From Candidatus Aenigmatarchaeota archaeon (GTDB lineage Archaea > Aenigmatarchaeota > Aenigmatarchaeia > QMZP01 > JAFGSV01), in the NCBI GenBank assembly GCA_016931255.1, contig JAFGFG010000001.1, positions 30,961 to 94,960 on the forward strand: a stretch of 64,000 nt of DNA. Reading direction: 5' to 3'. The notes beneath the pieces are model-generated. The model was not told the DNA's origin. It did not search any database and saw only the letters and a list, made by a program, of their open reading frames with translations. Shown in pieces: positions 27,249 to 37,479 of this stretch (the first letter of the stretch is position 1; each line of letters begins with the position of its first letter). Position numbers and translations under genes: made by a program.

Positions 27249-28622
27249 ATGGATTTGAATATTGATGAATATAACAGGATTCTTGAGAAATACAGGACAA
27301 ACAAAGAGACCGCAGGAAAGGTCAGCCAGATTTTTTCCCAGGGCAATTCAGAACTTTCAGACTCCGAGTACGAGGCCATAGTGGCAGGGTTCATGCAGAA
27401 CAATGCTGTTGCAGGCATGTTCGAGCATGTTCCGGCTAACTCTCTCGGGCTTCCTGTGATGCCCAAGGACACGAAGTCACTGGCTGTGGCTATTCTGATT
27501 AAGAAGGGATTCGACATCGTCACGAAGGACAAGGACATAGCCGGGGAAGTTGCTGACTTCATAGCCAGGCATCCGCAGACAGGAGAGGTTATCGTATTCA
27601 AGTGCGGGCCTGCGATGGTCAGGAAGGTTCTCAGTTATCTTGAAAGACCGAATACATCGTTATGGATACTCGACCACAACAGCAGGCTTTTCACATTCAG
27701 AAGGGGACCGAACTGGGATTCATTCCTCGCGTTCCACAAAGGCGCTGAAAATCATGTTCCTAAACCGGCTGCAGGGCCTGAGGCAGTGTATGAAGAGGCT
27801 GCGGAAGTGACTGTGCAGGAAGATGCCAGGAACACGGAAATGCCACCGGAAGAAGAGATTTCCCCGAGGACGTATGATGAGCCTGCGCCTGAAAAAGTGC
27901 CGGAAGTCATCGTTTCAGACGCTGAAGACGAGCATGGCAACGAGCCGGAGAGCAGCGACGATGTGAAAGCTGAAGAGGGCACTGGTGAGGATGAAGTCGT
28001 GGATGATGCTAATGATGACAGCATAAGGGTGGAGAGTCCTGTGAATCCGGCTTTCATTGTCGGCAACAGGAAGCTTCCAAGGATACTGAAGGAAGACGAG
28101 GTTGCCGGGATGATAAGGATTTCAAGGACGCTGCCGAGGGACAACCTCCTTCTCCAGTGCATGTACTTCCTTGGAATGTCCAATGCGGAGATACAGAACC
28201 TCAAAGTAGAGGATATAGATTTTGTCAGCGGAAAGGTTAACATCTCGCAGGGAAAGAACAGGAGGGACAGGAAGCTACCCATACCTGAAGAGCTCATGCA
28301 GGATCTGAAGTCCTTCATAGGCGCAAGGCCTGACGGATTCCTGATACGCGGTCGCGACAAGAAGGGAAAGCGCATATCAGATCGTCACATAAGAAGGTTA
28401 GTCAAGGCATACGCCAAGGAAGCCGGGATAAAGGGATACGAAGAGATACATCCCCATACACTCAGGCACAGCTACGCATCGCACCTGCTTAATCAGGGCA
28501 CGCCCATAGAAACGGTTCAGGGCATACTGGGTCACGAGAGGCTTGAGACAACTGCAATCTACTCCCAGATAAGAAATACAGAGAAGCTCAGGGAACACGT
28601 TAACAGCGCTCTTGGAAACTAG
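27249..28622 (+). CDS. Xer-like tyrosine recombinase domain fused to an N-terminal PD-(D/E)xK-like domain through an acidic linker; first catalytic Arg replaced by Ser
   Basis: LGMSNAEI (canonical GxRxxE), HTLRHSYA, LGH, TTAIY; N-terminal ADFIA...IVFKC. Confidence 0.8.
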   Translation: MDLNIDEYNRILEKYRTNKETAGKVSQIFSQGNSELSDSEYEAIVAGFMQNNAVAGMFEHVPANSLGLPVMPKDTKSLAVAILIKKGFDIVTKDKDIAGEVADFIARHPQTGEVIVFKCGPAMVRKVLSYLERPNTSLWILDHNSRLFTFRRGPNWDSFLAFHKGAENHVPKPAAGPEAVYEEAAEVTVQEDARNTEMPPEEEISPRTYDEPAPEKVPEVIVSDAEDEHGNEPESSDDVKAEEGTGEDEVVDDANDDSIRVESPVNPAFIVGNRKLPRILKEDEVAGMIRISRTLPRDNLLLQCMYFLGMSNAEIQNLKVEDIDFVSGKVNISQGKNRRDRKLPIPEELMQDLKSFIGARPDGFLIRGRDKKGKRISDRHIRRLVKAYAKEAGIKGYEEIHPHTLRHSYASHLLNQGTPIETVQGILGHERLETTAIYSQIRNTEKLREHVNSALGN

Positions 28623-28975
28623 TCGCTTTTGCTGCGCAGGAGCTTCAGCGCATCCATGAATTCTTTCTTGAATTTTTCGCCAACAGGATATATCTTTCTT
28701 CCATCGCAGGCGGCTGAAAGGGGAGCATAAACGAATCTGTCATTTTTTATTGGGATTACGCATGCTTCTCCTTCCACAATATCCAGGTCATACCCTTCGG
28801 ATATATTTCTGTATACATGAGAGGCAATATCATACGGCATTCCGTCAGTCATGTCTGAGACATTATAATTGATATAGTTACTTCCGCCTGTGAAGCTGTC
28901 AGAAAATATGATTGGCCGTCCGTTCTCTTCCAGAGCCAGAGTTATCTTTCCGGTGTAAATCGAATTCTTCTCCAT
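28619..28975 (-). CDS. Hypothetical protein
   Basis: 118-aa ORF. Confidence 0.5.
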   Translation of the reverse strand: MEKNSIYTGKITLALEENGRPIIFSDSFTGGSNYINYNVSDMTDGMPYDIASHVYRNISEGYDLDIVEGEACVIPIKNDRFVYAPLSAACDGRKIYPVGEKFKKEFMDALKLLRSKSD

Positions 28976-29095
28976 ATCAGTGTATGAAAGAAAATATTTT
29001 TATATGACATGTTTCGTACTGGCATTGCCTTCTTGATTGACAGTAAATTTTATAAAATGTATTATTAATTACCATTAAGTAATAAAGGTGTTATT

Positions 29096-29608
29096 ATGGA
29101 TAAAAATTACATAGAACTTGTAAATTTCATAGACCATACTTCAAGACTGAAAACATATCTTCATAACACGTACAGTGAGGAAGTCGCAGAAAAAATAATG
29201 AGCGAGGGCTTTAACTTCTGCGGCGACCTTCATAAGACAAGCGATGAGATTGGCTTTAATAATATCGATAATATCGGATGGTGGAACACCCAGAGACGGT
29301 CATATGGCGACTTCACCGTAGTTCTCCAGATTGAGAAGGACGTTCTGAGTAAGGCCAATGAAATCAATAAAATATACATGCCTCACGGGCAGCTGCTTTC
29401 AAAGGACCGCTTCTGGAATGAAAATGAAGCGGATTGGTCATTCGTGCTTCATCCTCAGTATGTGAAAGGTTATTTTGACAGAAAAAAGAACGAAGGGAAA
29501 CTAAACAGCTTGTTTGACCCATCTTTCTTTGATGAGGATCTTGCAAAGGAAAACATAAAAAAATGGAATAAGAAAGACGGCGGTATAAGAACACATGATT
29601 TCAGATGA
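29096..29608 (+). CDS. Hypothetical protein (AT-rich)
   Basis: 170-aa ORF with GGTG SD and TTTTATAAA box. Confidence 0.65.
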   Translation: MDKNYIELVNFIDHTSRLKTYLHNTYSEEVAEKIMSEGFNFCGDLHKTSDEIGFNNIDNIGWWNTQRRSYGDFTVVLQIEKDVLSKANEINKIYMPHGQLLSKDRFWNENEADWSFVLHPQYVKGYFDRKKNEGKLNSLFDPSFFDEDLAKENIKKWNKKDGGIRTHDFR

Positions 29609-29634
29609 TGTCCGCTTTTGATGTTTAGAAACTC

Positions 29635-29970
29635 TCACTTCTTTATCTTCTTCTTGGCCACTTTCTTGATAACCTTGTCCGTGACATTTTCAAGCCTCTT
29701 CGTGAGAGTCTCAAGGTTCTGGGCAACCTCCCACCCGTCCTGGGTGAGCTTCACGGTCTTTATCCTTCCGTGCTTCTCAAACTCTACCAGGCCCTGGTCC
29801 CTGAGCACATCAAGTATCTTTATGGTATGGGAATACGTGCAGTTTGTCTCCCTTGAAAGTATGGTTGCGTATATGCTTTCCTTGCTTGTTTTGAGTGATA
29901 TAAGTATCTTCGCAGGCTTGTCCCGGAGGAGCAAATCTTCAAGCGCATTTGGAGCATTTATGTTTTGCAT
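29635..29970 (-). CDS. Winged-helix (MarR-like) transcription regulator
   Basis: YATILSRETNCTYSHTIKIL...GRIKTVKLTQDG. Confidence 0.85.
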   Translation of the reverse strand: MQNINAPNALEDLLLRDKPAKILISLKTSKESIYATILSRETNCTYSHTIKILDVLRDQGLVEFEKHGRIKTVKLTQDGWEVAQNLETLTKRLENVTDKVIKKVAKKKIKK

Positions 29971-30319
29971 GGTATCGTTTTTCCTTTACGAATCCACACC
30001 GCTTCCGCAGTGCTGATTATTTTTTGTATTAATTACTTAAATAAGTTTTCAAAGATAGCTTATAGTTTATATATAATGTTAAATATTATTTAGTATTTAT
30101 ATTTCATAAATTATATTTTACAACATATACTATTTTGTATCTTTTTAAAAATCCGTAAGTGAGAGTTCATGTACGCAAAACCGGCCATATTCCGGAGTTC
30201 AGGGCACTGAAAGCGACATGTTCATGAAAAATAATAGCGTCTATTGATATCGTTTTTAAATAAGTTGTCACTGCACAGTCACGAAACCTTTATAAAGCTT
30301 TATCACTTAAGAGTAGTAC

Positions 30320-32401
30320 ATGATAGGAGAAAACAATGCGAACGAGGCAATTGCGGCTTTTATAGTGGTTTTTCTGCTCCTGATAAGTAGCGCAAGCGCG
30401 CTTGATTATGATTCATGTGCCAGCAGCACACAGGTCGGAGACGGCTGGTGGGATGCTGCGAACTGCGAAGGCGGAATAAACGGCTACGGAACGCTTTACT
30501 TCAAGTGGGCGGATGCTCCTTTCTCCACTGATATTCAGGAAGTCACTGACTCCAAGCTTATTGTAAGCGGGATAAGTCCGGGAACTCCTTTCTATATGTA
30601 TATATGGAATGGGTACTCCTGGACAAGGATGAGCGGAGGTATTCTCGACTTCAGGGGCAATTATGTTTATGATATTTACAGGATACCAGGACCTTATACT
30701 GATGGTTCAATGAGAATAAAGATAATGAACGTTGGTCCGGAAACATTGTACATAGAGAACCTCAGGGCTGTGATAGAATATGAAAGCACAATAAAGGAGC
30801 TCACAGTTGAGGTGAGGGACTGCGAGACAAGAAAACTTCTTCAGGGCGTAGAGGTCGAGGCAGACGACAGCACAATGGAGACCGATGCTAAAGGAATAGC
30901 TGTATTCAGCCTTCCGAAATACAAATCTTTCATAGTCACTGCCGGCGACGATGATTTCCTTGAGACATCCAAGGGCGTTTACCTGACGGATGATTACACG
31001 CTTGAGATGTGTGTATACCATGATGACAGGTACTCTGTTGACGTAAGGAGCCTCAATATAGACGACGGATACATAACATTCGATATCAAGAATACAGGGA
31101 ACGTGGAGAGTGACATAAGATACAATGTTCTAATAGACGAGAAAGAAATATTCAGCGGTTACGTCAGCCTCAATGCGGGCAAAGACGAAGATGTGGCTGC
31201 TTACTATAACTTCCTTCCGGGAAAGTACCGTGTCAGGGCCAGAGCTGATTCCAATGGTTATATAGATTCGGAAACAAAAACATACTGCGTTGCCGGTCTG
31301 ACTGAGAATTACATGTGCAGCAACGGAAAGGTCATGAGAGAGAAGATGACTTCCACATGCGGAATCCTGTGGGTGATAGTGCAGGAGTGCAGCAGCTGCG
31401 AATCAGAAGCATGCGCAGGTTATGGGGTCGCATCACCAGACAGTTCAGTACCTGCAGTCAGTTCATGCAACGTTGAGATAACATCATTCAACTATATTGA
31501 CGGAATAGCTTCAAACATGTACCAGATAGTTGAGGTTGGTGTAAAGAACACAGGCGTCGGCACGTCCAGTGCAGAGGTCAGGATTTATGTTGACAATGTT
31601 TATGTGAAGAAGGGCACTGTGTCAGTGACTTCCGGAGAGACAGTAAAGAAAGAATTCAGATTCATGATGACCGAAGGAACCCACACGCTGAAGGCTGAAG
31701 TCATTGCATGCGGCTCAGTGAAAGACACTGCCAAGAGCGGTGTTGGCGCAGTCAGGGTCTTCAGCGCAGCTGTTTCTGCAGGAGTTCCGGAACCGGATCC
31801 TGTGGAGGAAGCTCCGTCTCAGAAGGCAGTTTCAAGGATTTTCATAGAAGTGGATACAGGCGAAACAGGAGCACTCTACAGCTATAATTGCGAGAGTGTT
31901 GTGTTCAAGGTATCGCCGTTCCCTCCCACAGAGGAATACAGGGTCTCAGTGACAGGTGTTCCGCAGGACTGGCTTGACTATCCGAAGACAGTCAATGCAC
32001 TGGAGAAAAGCGAGTTCTATGTTTACATATTCCCACAGGAACCAGGCAACTACACCCTCAATGTAAGGGTGTGGCTCAGTGACGACATAGAGGTATACGA
32101 TCAGGAAGAGATAGACCTTGTGATTACTTCAAGGGACGGTGCTGCCATAACAGGAAGCAACGGCATCACAGGAAATGTCTCAGCAGCAGGAAGCCCAATT
32201 TTCGGCGTGTTCATAGCGCTTGGCCTTATAGGGACAATATTCGTGCTGCTTTTCCTGAGGCATTCAATGACCGGTGTTCATGGACATCTCCCCGATATTA
32301 ATATGCCATCATATGAGAGCGGGATGAAGGCAGCTGCGCTTGAAGGCATAGATGGCATGGAATATGATAATTCAGAAACATGGAATTACAATAACTTTTA
32401 A
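30320..32401 (+). CDS. Cell-surface protein with Ig-like/CARDB domains and C-terminal TM
   Basis: Signal peptide, repeated (I/V)KNTG...GxYxV beta-sandwich units, ITGNV motif before the TM. Confidence 0.75.
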   Translation: MIGENNANEAIAAFIVVFLLLISSASALDYDSCASSTQVGDGWWDAANCEGGINGYGTLYFKWADAPFSTDIQEVTDSKLIVSGISPGTPFYMYIWNGYSWTRMSGGILDFRGNYVYDIYRIPGPYTDGSMRIKIMNVGPETLYIENLRAVIEYESTIKELTVEVRDCETRKLLQGVEVEADDSTMETDAKGIAVFSLPKYKSFIVTAGDDDFLETSKGVYLTDDYTLEMCVYHDDRYSVDVRSLNIDDGYITFDIKNTGNVESDIRYNVLIDEKEIFSGYVSLNAGKDEDVAAYYNFLPGKYRVRARADSNGYIDSETKTYCVAGLTENYMCSNGKVMREKMTSTCGILWVIVQECSSCESEACAGYGVASPDSSVPAVSSCNVEITSFNYIDGIASNMYQIVEVGVKNTGVGTSSAEVRIYVDNVYVKKGTVSVTSGETVKKEFRFMMTEGTHTLKAEVIACGSVKDTAKSGVGAVRVFSAAVSAGVPEPDPVEEAPSQKAVSRIFIEVDTGETGALYSYNCESVVFKVSPFPPTEEYRVSVTGVPQDWLDYPKTVNALEKSEFYVYIFPQEPGNYTLNVRVWLSDDIEVYDQEEIDLVITSRDGAAITGSNGITGNVSAAGSPIFGVFIALGLIGTIFVLLFLRHSMTGVHGHLPDINMPSYESGMKAAALEGIDGMEYDNSETWNYNNF

Positions 32402-32443
32402 TCCAGATGAAACCAAATATAATCTCGTTGAGGAATTGATGGA

Positions 32444-32986
32444 ATGTCTAAAATAATCACGTTTGACGATGTAAGAAAAATATACGACGATGTCGTAAAT
32501 CTCTACATCCAGAAAGGTCTCGGAGAGTACAATCCTGAAGGGAGGAGATGGTTCGATGAGTCCTTCATGAACGTCGAGATGATGATGAAAAATTACGGAG
32601 GTCAGCTTTCTTTCGAGAAAATAAAGCCCAATACCATAGCCACCCAGCCTGACATATCCCGCGAGAAGTATGATTTCCTTTCCGCAAGGCTGGATGAAGT
32701 GGATTTCGAGATGTTTCCCATAGTCTCCATAGAAGTCCCGGGTTACGGGAGAAGCGGTATGCATGAGGCTTCGATAGACGGCCACACGAGGTCAAGGCTC
32801 TGCGTTGACAAGAGACCATATTACATAGATTCATTCGTGTTCTCAGGCAAAGACCCTGCGATAATAGGGGAAATCATGATAAACACCAACATGAGCAGGA
32901 TGGGAGTCTACAGACCGGCAAGGATATCCCAGCTGCCAATAAAGGAATACTGGAACAATAATGGTATCATTTCCGAGCACTCATGA
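32444..32986 (+). CDS. ParB/Srx-like domain protein
   Basis: IATQ...PI...IDGHTR. Confidence 0.65.
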   Translation: MSKIITFDDVRKIYDDVVNLYIQKGLGEYNPEGRRWFDESFMNVEMMMKNYGGQLSFEKIKPNTIATQPDISREKYDFLSARLDEVDFEMFPIVSIEVPGYGRSGMHEASIDGHTRSRLCVDKRPYYIDSFVFSGKDPAIIGEIMINTNMSRMGVYRPARISQLPIKEYWNNNGIISEHS

Positions 32987-33039
32987 TATAATTCCCCTTA
33001 AAAAACTTCATGACAATTTTTATTCAGGTGACTTTTCAT

Positions 33040-33459
33040 ATGTTATACGATAATGATTTCATAACAGCCGAAAAACAGGAAGAGATGGCTGTGGAAAGAC
33101 GTGACTTCTACCGTTCGAAAGGTATAATACTTGACATAAAACGTGGGATTGTTCCGATGAAGAACCTCATAGCGACACAGGCTTTCGTAGAGGGCGACAA
33201 GTTCAGGGAGATATACAGGAGGGCGCTCGAAGAGGGATATAATGTCCCTATACTGGTAGAAGACCATCCGGACCTTATGAATTATTATCTTATAGACGGT
33301 CACTGCAGGGGCAAGTCCACACTGATGTGCGGAAAAAATTATATAGACTCATTCATTCTTTTTTCAAAGAATAGCGGGGATTTCAACTCAGATTATGTAA
33401 AGGTCGCCTCACTGTTGGGAAATGTATACATAAGAAATCTTCCAATAATTGAAGTTTGA
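33040..33459 (+). CDS. ParB/Srx-like domain protein (tandem paralog)
   Basis: LIATQ...PILV...LIDGHCR. Confidence 0.7.
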   Translation: MLYDNDFITAEKQEEMAVERRDFYRSKGIILDIKRGIVPMKNLIATQAFVEGDKFREIYRRALEEGYNVPILVEDHPDLMNYYLIDGHCRGKSTLMCGKNYIDSFILFSKNSGDFNSDYVKVASLLGNVYIRNLPIIEV

Positions 33460-33647
33460 TTTTGGTGCAAAAATGATGCACCACATATCCGTTTCATATC
33501 GGTTTTGCACCGATATCTTTATAAACTCCCAAAAGGAAAATTTAATTCTATGAAGCCCGCAGAAGCTTTAAGATTAGTAGATTTATTTAGCAAGGAAATC
33601 GAGGTAGAAGATACAAAATTTTCCCTTGTCAGACTTAGAACGTGTGT

Positions 33648-34646
33648 TTAATCACCAAGCAGATTTTTCACAAAAGATTCTGGTTTGAACTCCTCTATGC
33701 ACTTGTATTCCTGACCTGTACCTATATACAATATAGGCTTCTTCGATACATAGCATGCTGAGAGTATAGAGCCTCCCTTTTCATTGACATCCATCTTTGT
33801 CAGGACTATGCCGTCTATGCCTATCTCCTCGCTGTAGGTCCTTACCTGGCTTACCACATCATTTCCTGTGAGCGAGTCCACCACGAGCACCTTCATGTCG
33901 GGCTTGTTCACGCGGACAATCTTCTTGAGCTCGTCCATGAGGTTGACATTGGTATGCATGCGTCCTGCGCTGTCCGCCATGACAACATCCAGCTTCTTGC
34001 TTTCCGCGTGCTTCCTGGCGTCGAATATCACAGCAGCAGGGTCAGCGCCGTACTTGTGCTTCACCACTTTCAGCCCAAGCCTGTTTCCGTGAACCTCAAG
34101 CTGCTCTATGCTCGCTGCCCTGAATGTATCAGCAGCAGCCAGAACAGGCTTTATCCCATCCTTCATCAGAAGACTGCATATCTTCGCTATGGTCGTTGTC
34201 TTGCCCGAACCGTTATATCCGAGGAACAGTATGGTCGCCGGCCTTCCTTCCTTCCTGAACCTCTTTATTATTTCCGGGATTGATGCGCCCTTCTGGCTTA
34301 CTATCTCCAGAAGAATCTTTTCGAACGTGTCCCTTATCACTTTTTTGGCGTCGTTTCTCTTCACAGGCTTTCCTGCCAACTCTGACTTAAGTCCGTTTTT
34401 AAGATAATCAATGACTTCAAGAGCGAGATTTGCCTGCATGAGTTCTGTTTCAACTGAAGCGAAGAAATCGTCTATCTCTTTTCCTGAGAACTCCTTTTCC
34501 TTTATTTTCCGGAAGAACCCTTTCTTTTCCATGGGTTTATCTTCGGCCTGCCCATTCTCTTCTGAAGTCTCATGCTGCTCTTTTTCCGCCTTCTCAGCTA
34601 GCGCATCAACTGACTTCTTCAGCTTGTTCTTCAGGAATCCGAACAT
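33648..34646 (-). CDS. ftsY: SRP receptor FtsY
   Basis: GYNGSGKTTTIAK, DTFRAA, DSAGR, TKMD, GTGQ. Confidence 0.97.
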   Translation of the reverse strand: MFGFLKNKLKKSVDALAEKAEKEQHETSEENGQAEDKPMEKKGFFRKIKEKEFSGKEIDDFFASVETELMQANLALEVIDYLKNGLKSELAGKPVKRNDAKKVIRDTFEKILLEIVSQKGASIPEIIKRFRKEGRPATILFLGYNGSGKTTTIAKICSLLMKDGIKPVLAAADTFRAASIEQLEVHGNRLGLKVVKHKYGADPAAVIFDARKHAESKKLDVVMADSAGRMHTNVNLMDELKKIVRVNKPDMKVLVVDSLTGNDVVSQVRTYSEEIGIDGIVLTKMDVNEKGGSILSACYVSKKPILYIGTGQEYKCIEEFKPESFVKNLLGD

Positions 34647-34676
34647 AATAGAATAAAGTATCAGCGGCCTTTAAGT

Positions 34677-35711
34677 TTATTTCTTCTCCATGTAGACTGC
34701 GCCGAACAGGAGTATGAACCCTGCCACTATCGATGCGAGGAACCTGTACAAACTGGTGTCGGGTATGAGTATCATCTCCACGCCGCTGTGTATGACCAGG
34801 GCTGTTGCGAAGCTGAACATGGGCACTGATATGGCCCTTGTCGCCGACCTTTTGGTCATTCCGACCATCTTTCCTATCCATGTAAGAGCGCCTGCAGCCC
34901 AGTAGTAGTACACTGAAGCTGAAAGGAATGCTGCCACCATCTCGAACATTCCCACAACAATCCAGTTCTCCATCTCGGTGTAGCCCCTGAATGTGGCTAT
35001 GCCTGCCAGTATTATGGCTATCATGTATATGAAGAACGACATGCGTTTCCTGTTGAAAGAATCCCTGAGCTCCTCGGCTGCCTCGCCGAAGTAGCTCTCG
35101 AGTCTGAATGCCTTGATGACAAGGTATGCGCCGAATACTCCGAGTACAGCTCTCCATCCCTCAGCGCCGAACACTGATATGAGGAGGAAAGCAAGTGCCG
35201 GAAGCCCGAACACTATCCTTGCCATCTTCGGGTTTTCAAGCGATTCCTTGAGGAAGTCCTTTATCTTGAAGTATGATGATTCCAGTTGCTCTGACTGCTT
35301 CACTACGAGCCTCTTCACTGAAAGTATGGGTATCCTCGACTGTATGACAGGCATTATATGCTCATCTTCGCTGCCGTCCGAGACAATCACAACAAAGTTC
35401 GCCCTGAAATGGTTCAGCGCCTTCTCGAGCTGTTCCTTTATCTCAGAGTCCGATTTTATGCCGACGTTCCTGTCGCCCGTCAGTATGGCCACATCAGCTG
35501 CATATTGCTTCTTCACCTCATCGTAAACGCGTACAGCCTCGAAGAATGCATTGAAGTCGCTGTCCGAGGGGTCCTTTATGCCCAGTTCAGTTGCTGCCTC
35601 TATAACCTTCTCGCGTCCGAGAACCGGCCCTTTTATGCCTGTTTTTTCTCCAAGGTCATTGTCTCTGTCCACTGAAATGACAAGTATCCTGTCCTTTTTC
35701 CCCTCTTCCAT
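34677..35711 (-). CDS. DUF373 family archaeal membrane protein
   Basis: VDRDNDLG, DPSDSD.N, SDGSEDE, VVKQS. Confidence 0.9.
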   Translation of the reverse strand: MEEGKKDRILVISVDRDNDLGEKTGIKGPVLGREKVIEAATELGIKDPSDSDFNAFFEAVRVYDEVKKQYAADVAILTGDRNVGIKSDSEIKEQLEKALNHFRANFVVIVSDGSEDEHIMPVIQSRIPILSVKRLVVKQSEQLESSYFKIKDFLKESLENPKMARIVFGLPALAFLLISVFGAEGWRAVLGVFGAYLVIKAFRLESYFGEAAEELRDSFNRKRMSFFIYMIAIILAGIATFRGYTEMENWIVVGMFEMVAAFLSASVYYYWAAGALTWIGKMVGMTKRSATRAISVPMFSFATALVIHSGVEMILIPDTSLYRFLASIVAGFILLFGAVYMEKK

Positions 35712-35772
35712 TATAGAAAATAAGCAATTCCAAATATAAAAATAGCGCAAATGTTACGCCAGTTGTCGAAAA

Positions 35773-36204
35773 TTATCTGTTCTTCCGTTCTTCCAGAATA
35801 CTGCGTATATTTTCCTTGTATTTTTCTTTGTCAGTAATCTTTGTCAGGGTCTCAGCCGGAAGATTGTACTGGTCTATGACGCTTCTCATCCGTATGTATT
35901 TTCCGAAGGGCTGTATCTCGTCGAATATCTGAGCTACATAGTCCATCTCGTTTCCCTTGTTCGCTATTTCCTCCGGAAGGACAATATCTCTGGCAAAGCC
36001 GTTCACCAGCTCCGGAAGGGGGTTTCCGCATAATGAGTTCACAACATCTATCTTTATTTTCTGGTACTCTATGAAGTATTCCATTGCCACGTCTTCCCTG
36101 ATTCCGGTAGAGTCAATTGTATTTCTCAGTTCATTTTCATCTATCTGGTGCACGTAGCTCAGGCCCAGCCTATTATCATCCCTCATCAGATATATCGGGC
36201 ACAT
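35773..36204 (-). CDS. Hypothetical protein
   Basis: 143-aa ORF. Confidence 0.55.
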   Translation of the reverse strand: MCPIYLMRDDNRLGLSYVHQIDENELRNTIDSTGIREDVAMEYFIEYQKIKIDVVNSLCGNPLPELVNGFARDIVLPEEIANKGNEMDYVAQIFDEIQPFGKYIRMRSVIDQYNLPAETLTKITDKEKYKENIRSILEERKNR

Positions 36205-36237
36205 GATTCAGATTTGGAAGAAAGTTTTAAAACCGGA

Positions 36238-36666
36238 TTACAGTTCACTCTCCGGGAAGTAGTTCTCTATGAAACTGTCAGGGTCATTGAGCTGGGAAAG
36301 CTTTCCGCTGAGAATCTCATCCTCTTCGGGAAATTCCCCTTTTCTTGTGTTTATCATGTTCCACATGGACGCATACGTGCATATGACATTTTCATTGGTC
36401 ATGATTGACATGTAAGGCTCTGTGTCTGATGGGAGGAGAACATCATTGTTCTTCAAATATTCGAAATCGCGTCCGTTTCTCTTCATGAGCTTCGGCACAA
36501 CCTGCAGTCCGAGCTCTACGTAGTCGCTTACGCACTGGTCAGCGTCCTCTTTGCTCATCCGGTAGGTGCTCTGAAAGCTTTCCGACATCATGCCCCATAC
36601 AATTTTTATGGTTTCAGACGTACCGGGGTCGTTCAGCCTGTCAATGGGCGATTTGTATGATGCCAT
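36238..36666 (-). CDS. Hypothetical protein
   Basis: ORF starting MASYK. Confidence 0.55.
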   Translation of the reverse strand: MASYKSPIDRLNDPGTSETIKIVWGMMSESFQSTYRMSKEDADQCVSDYVELGLQVVPKLMKRNGRDFEYLKNNDVLLPSDTEPYMSIMTNENVICTYASMWNMINTRKGEFPEEDEILSGKLSQLNDPDSFIENYFPESEL

Positions 36667-36765
36667 GAAAACGTATTTAAATGCTAACCTTTTTATAATA
36701 GAAAACAATAATAATTATCCAAACGTGACAAAAATCATGATAAGATTAATATAGGAGGATTAGTT

Positions 36766-37467
36766 ATGCAACCGATACCTTCGGGAAACTACATGGCGTA
36801 CGACAGGGCGATAATAGTCTTCTCACCTGATGGACGTTTACTCCAGGTGGAATACGCCAGGGAAGCCGTAAAGAGAGGCAGCACATCTGTAGGCATCATA
36901 CTCAAGGATGCTGTTGTTTTAGGTTCAGTAAAGACCACAGCACCGCTGGGAGTCAGCGATTCTTACAAGAAAGTATATGAAATAGACACCCACGCAGGGA
37001 TTGTCTGTTCAGGGCTTCTGGGTGATGCAAGAGACCTTGTGGAAGCTAGCAGGGTCAAGGCCCAGATAAACAAGATAACATACGGCGAGCCCATATCAGT
37101 TTCATCCCTGACCAAGTATGTATCGGACAGGAAGCACATGGTTACACAGTACGGAGGCGTAAGGCCATATGGCGTCGGATTACTTATAGGCGGCGTCAAT
37201 GGAAAAGCTGAACTTTACGAAACAGACCCGTCAGGAACCATGATAGAATGGAAAGCGCAGGCAATAGGCCGTGGCGCTGATAAATCACGAAAGGTCCTTG
37301 AAACAGGATACAAGGACAACATGGACGTGGCTTCCGGTGTTAAGCTTCTTCTTAAGGCAATAAAGGCCGGAGAGAAGGAAATCAGTGATGAGAACCTCGA
37401 GATTGCGGTAATCAGGGCTGATAAGTTCGACAGGCTCAGTCCCGAAGACATCAAGAAATATGCATAA
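36766..37467 (+). CDS. psmA: Proteasome subunit alpha
   Basis: YDRAIIVFSPDGRLLQVEYA, RPYGV. Confidence 0.97.
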   Translation: MQPIPSGNYMAYDRAIIVFSPDGRLLQVEYAREAVKRGSTSVGIILKDAVVLGSVKTTAPLGVSDSYKKVYEIDTHAGIVCSGLLGDARDLVEASRVKAQINKITYGEPISVSSLTKYVSDRKHMVTQYGGVRPYGVGLLIGGVNGKAELYETDPSGTMIEWKAQAIGRGADKSRKVLETGYKDNMDVASGVKLLLKAIKAGEKEISDENLEIAVIRADKFDRLSPEDIKKYA

Positions 37468-37479
37468 CTTCTAAATAAT

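Noticed and set aside
29577..29608. Possible tRNA fragment (ORF ends GGIRTHDFR, typical of an antisense tRNA translation)
   Set aside because: The reverse strand reads GTTCTTATAC rather than GTTCRAATC, and no cloverleaf can be built. At best a decayed relic.
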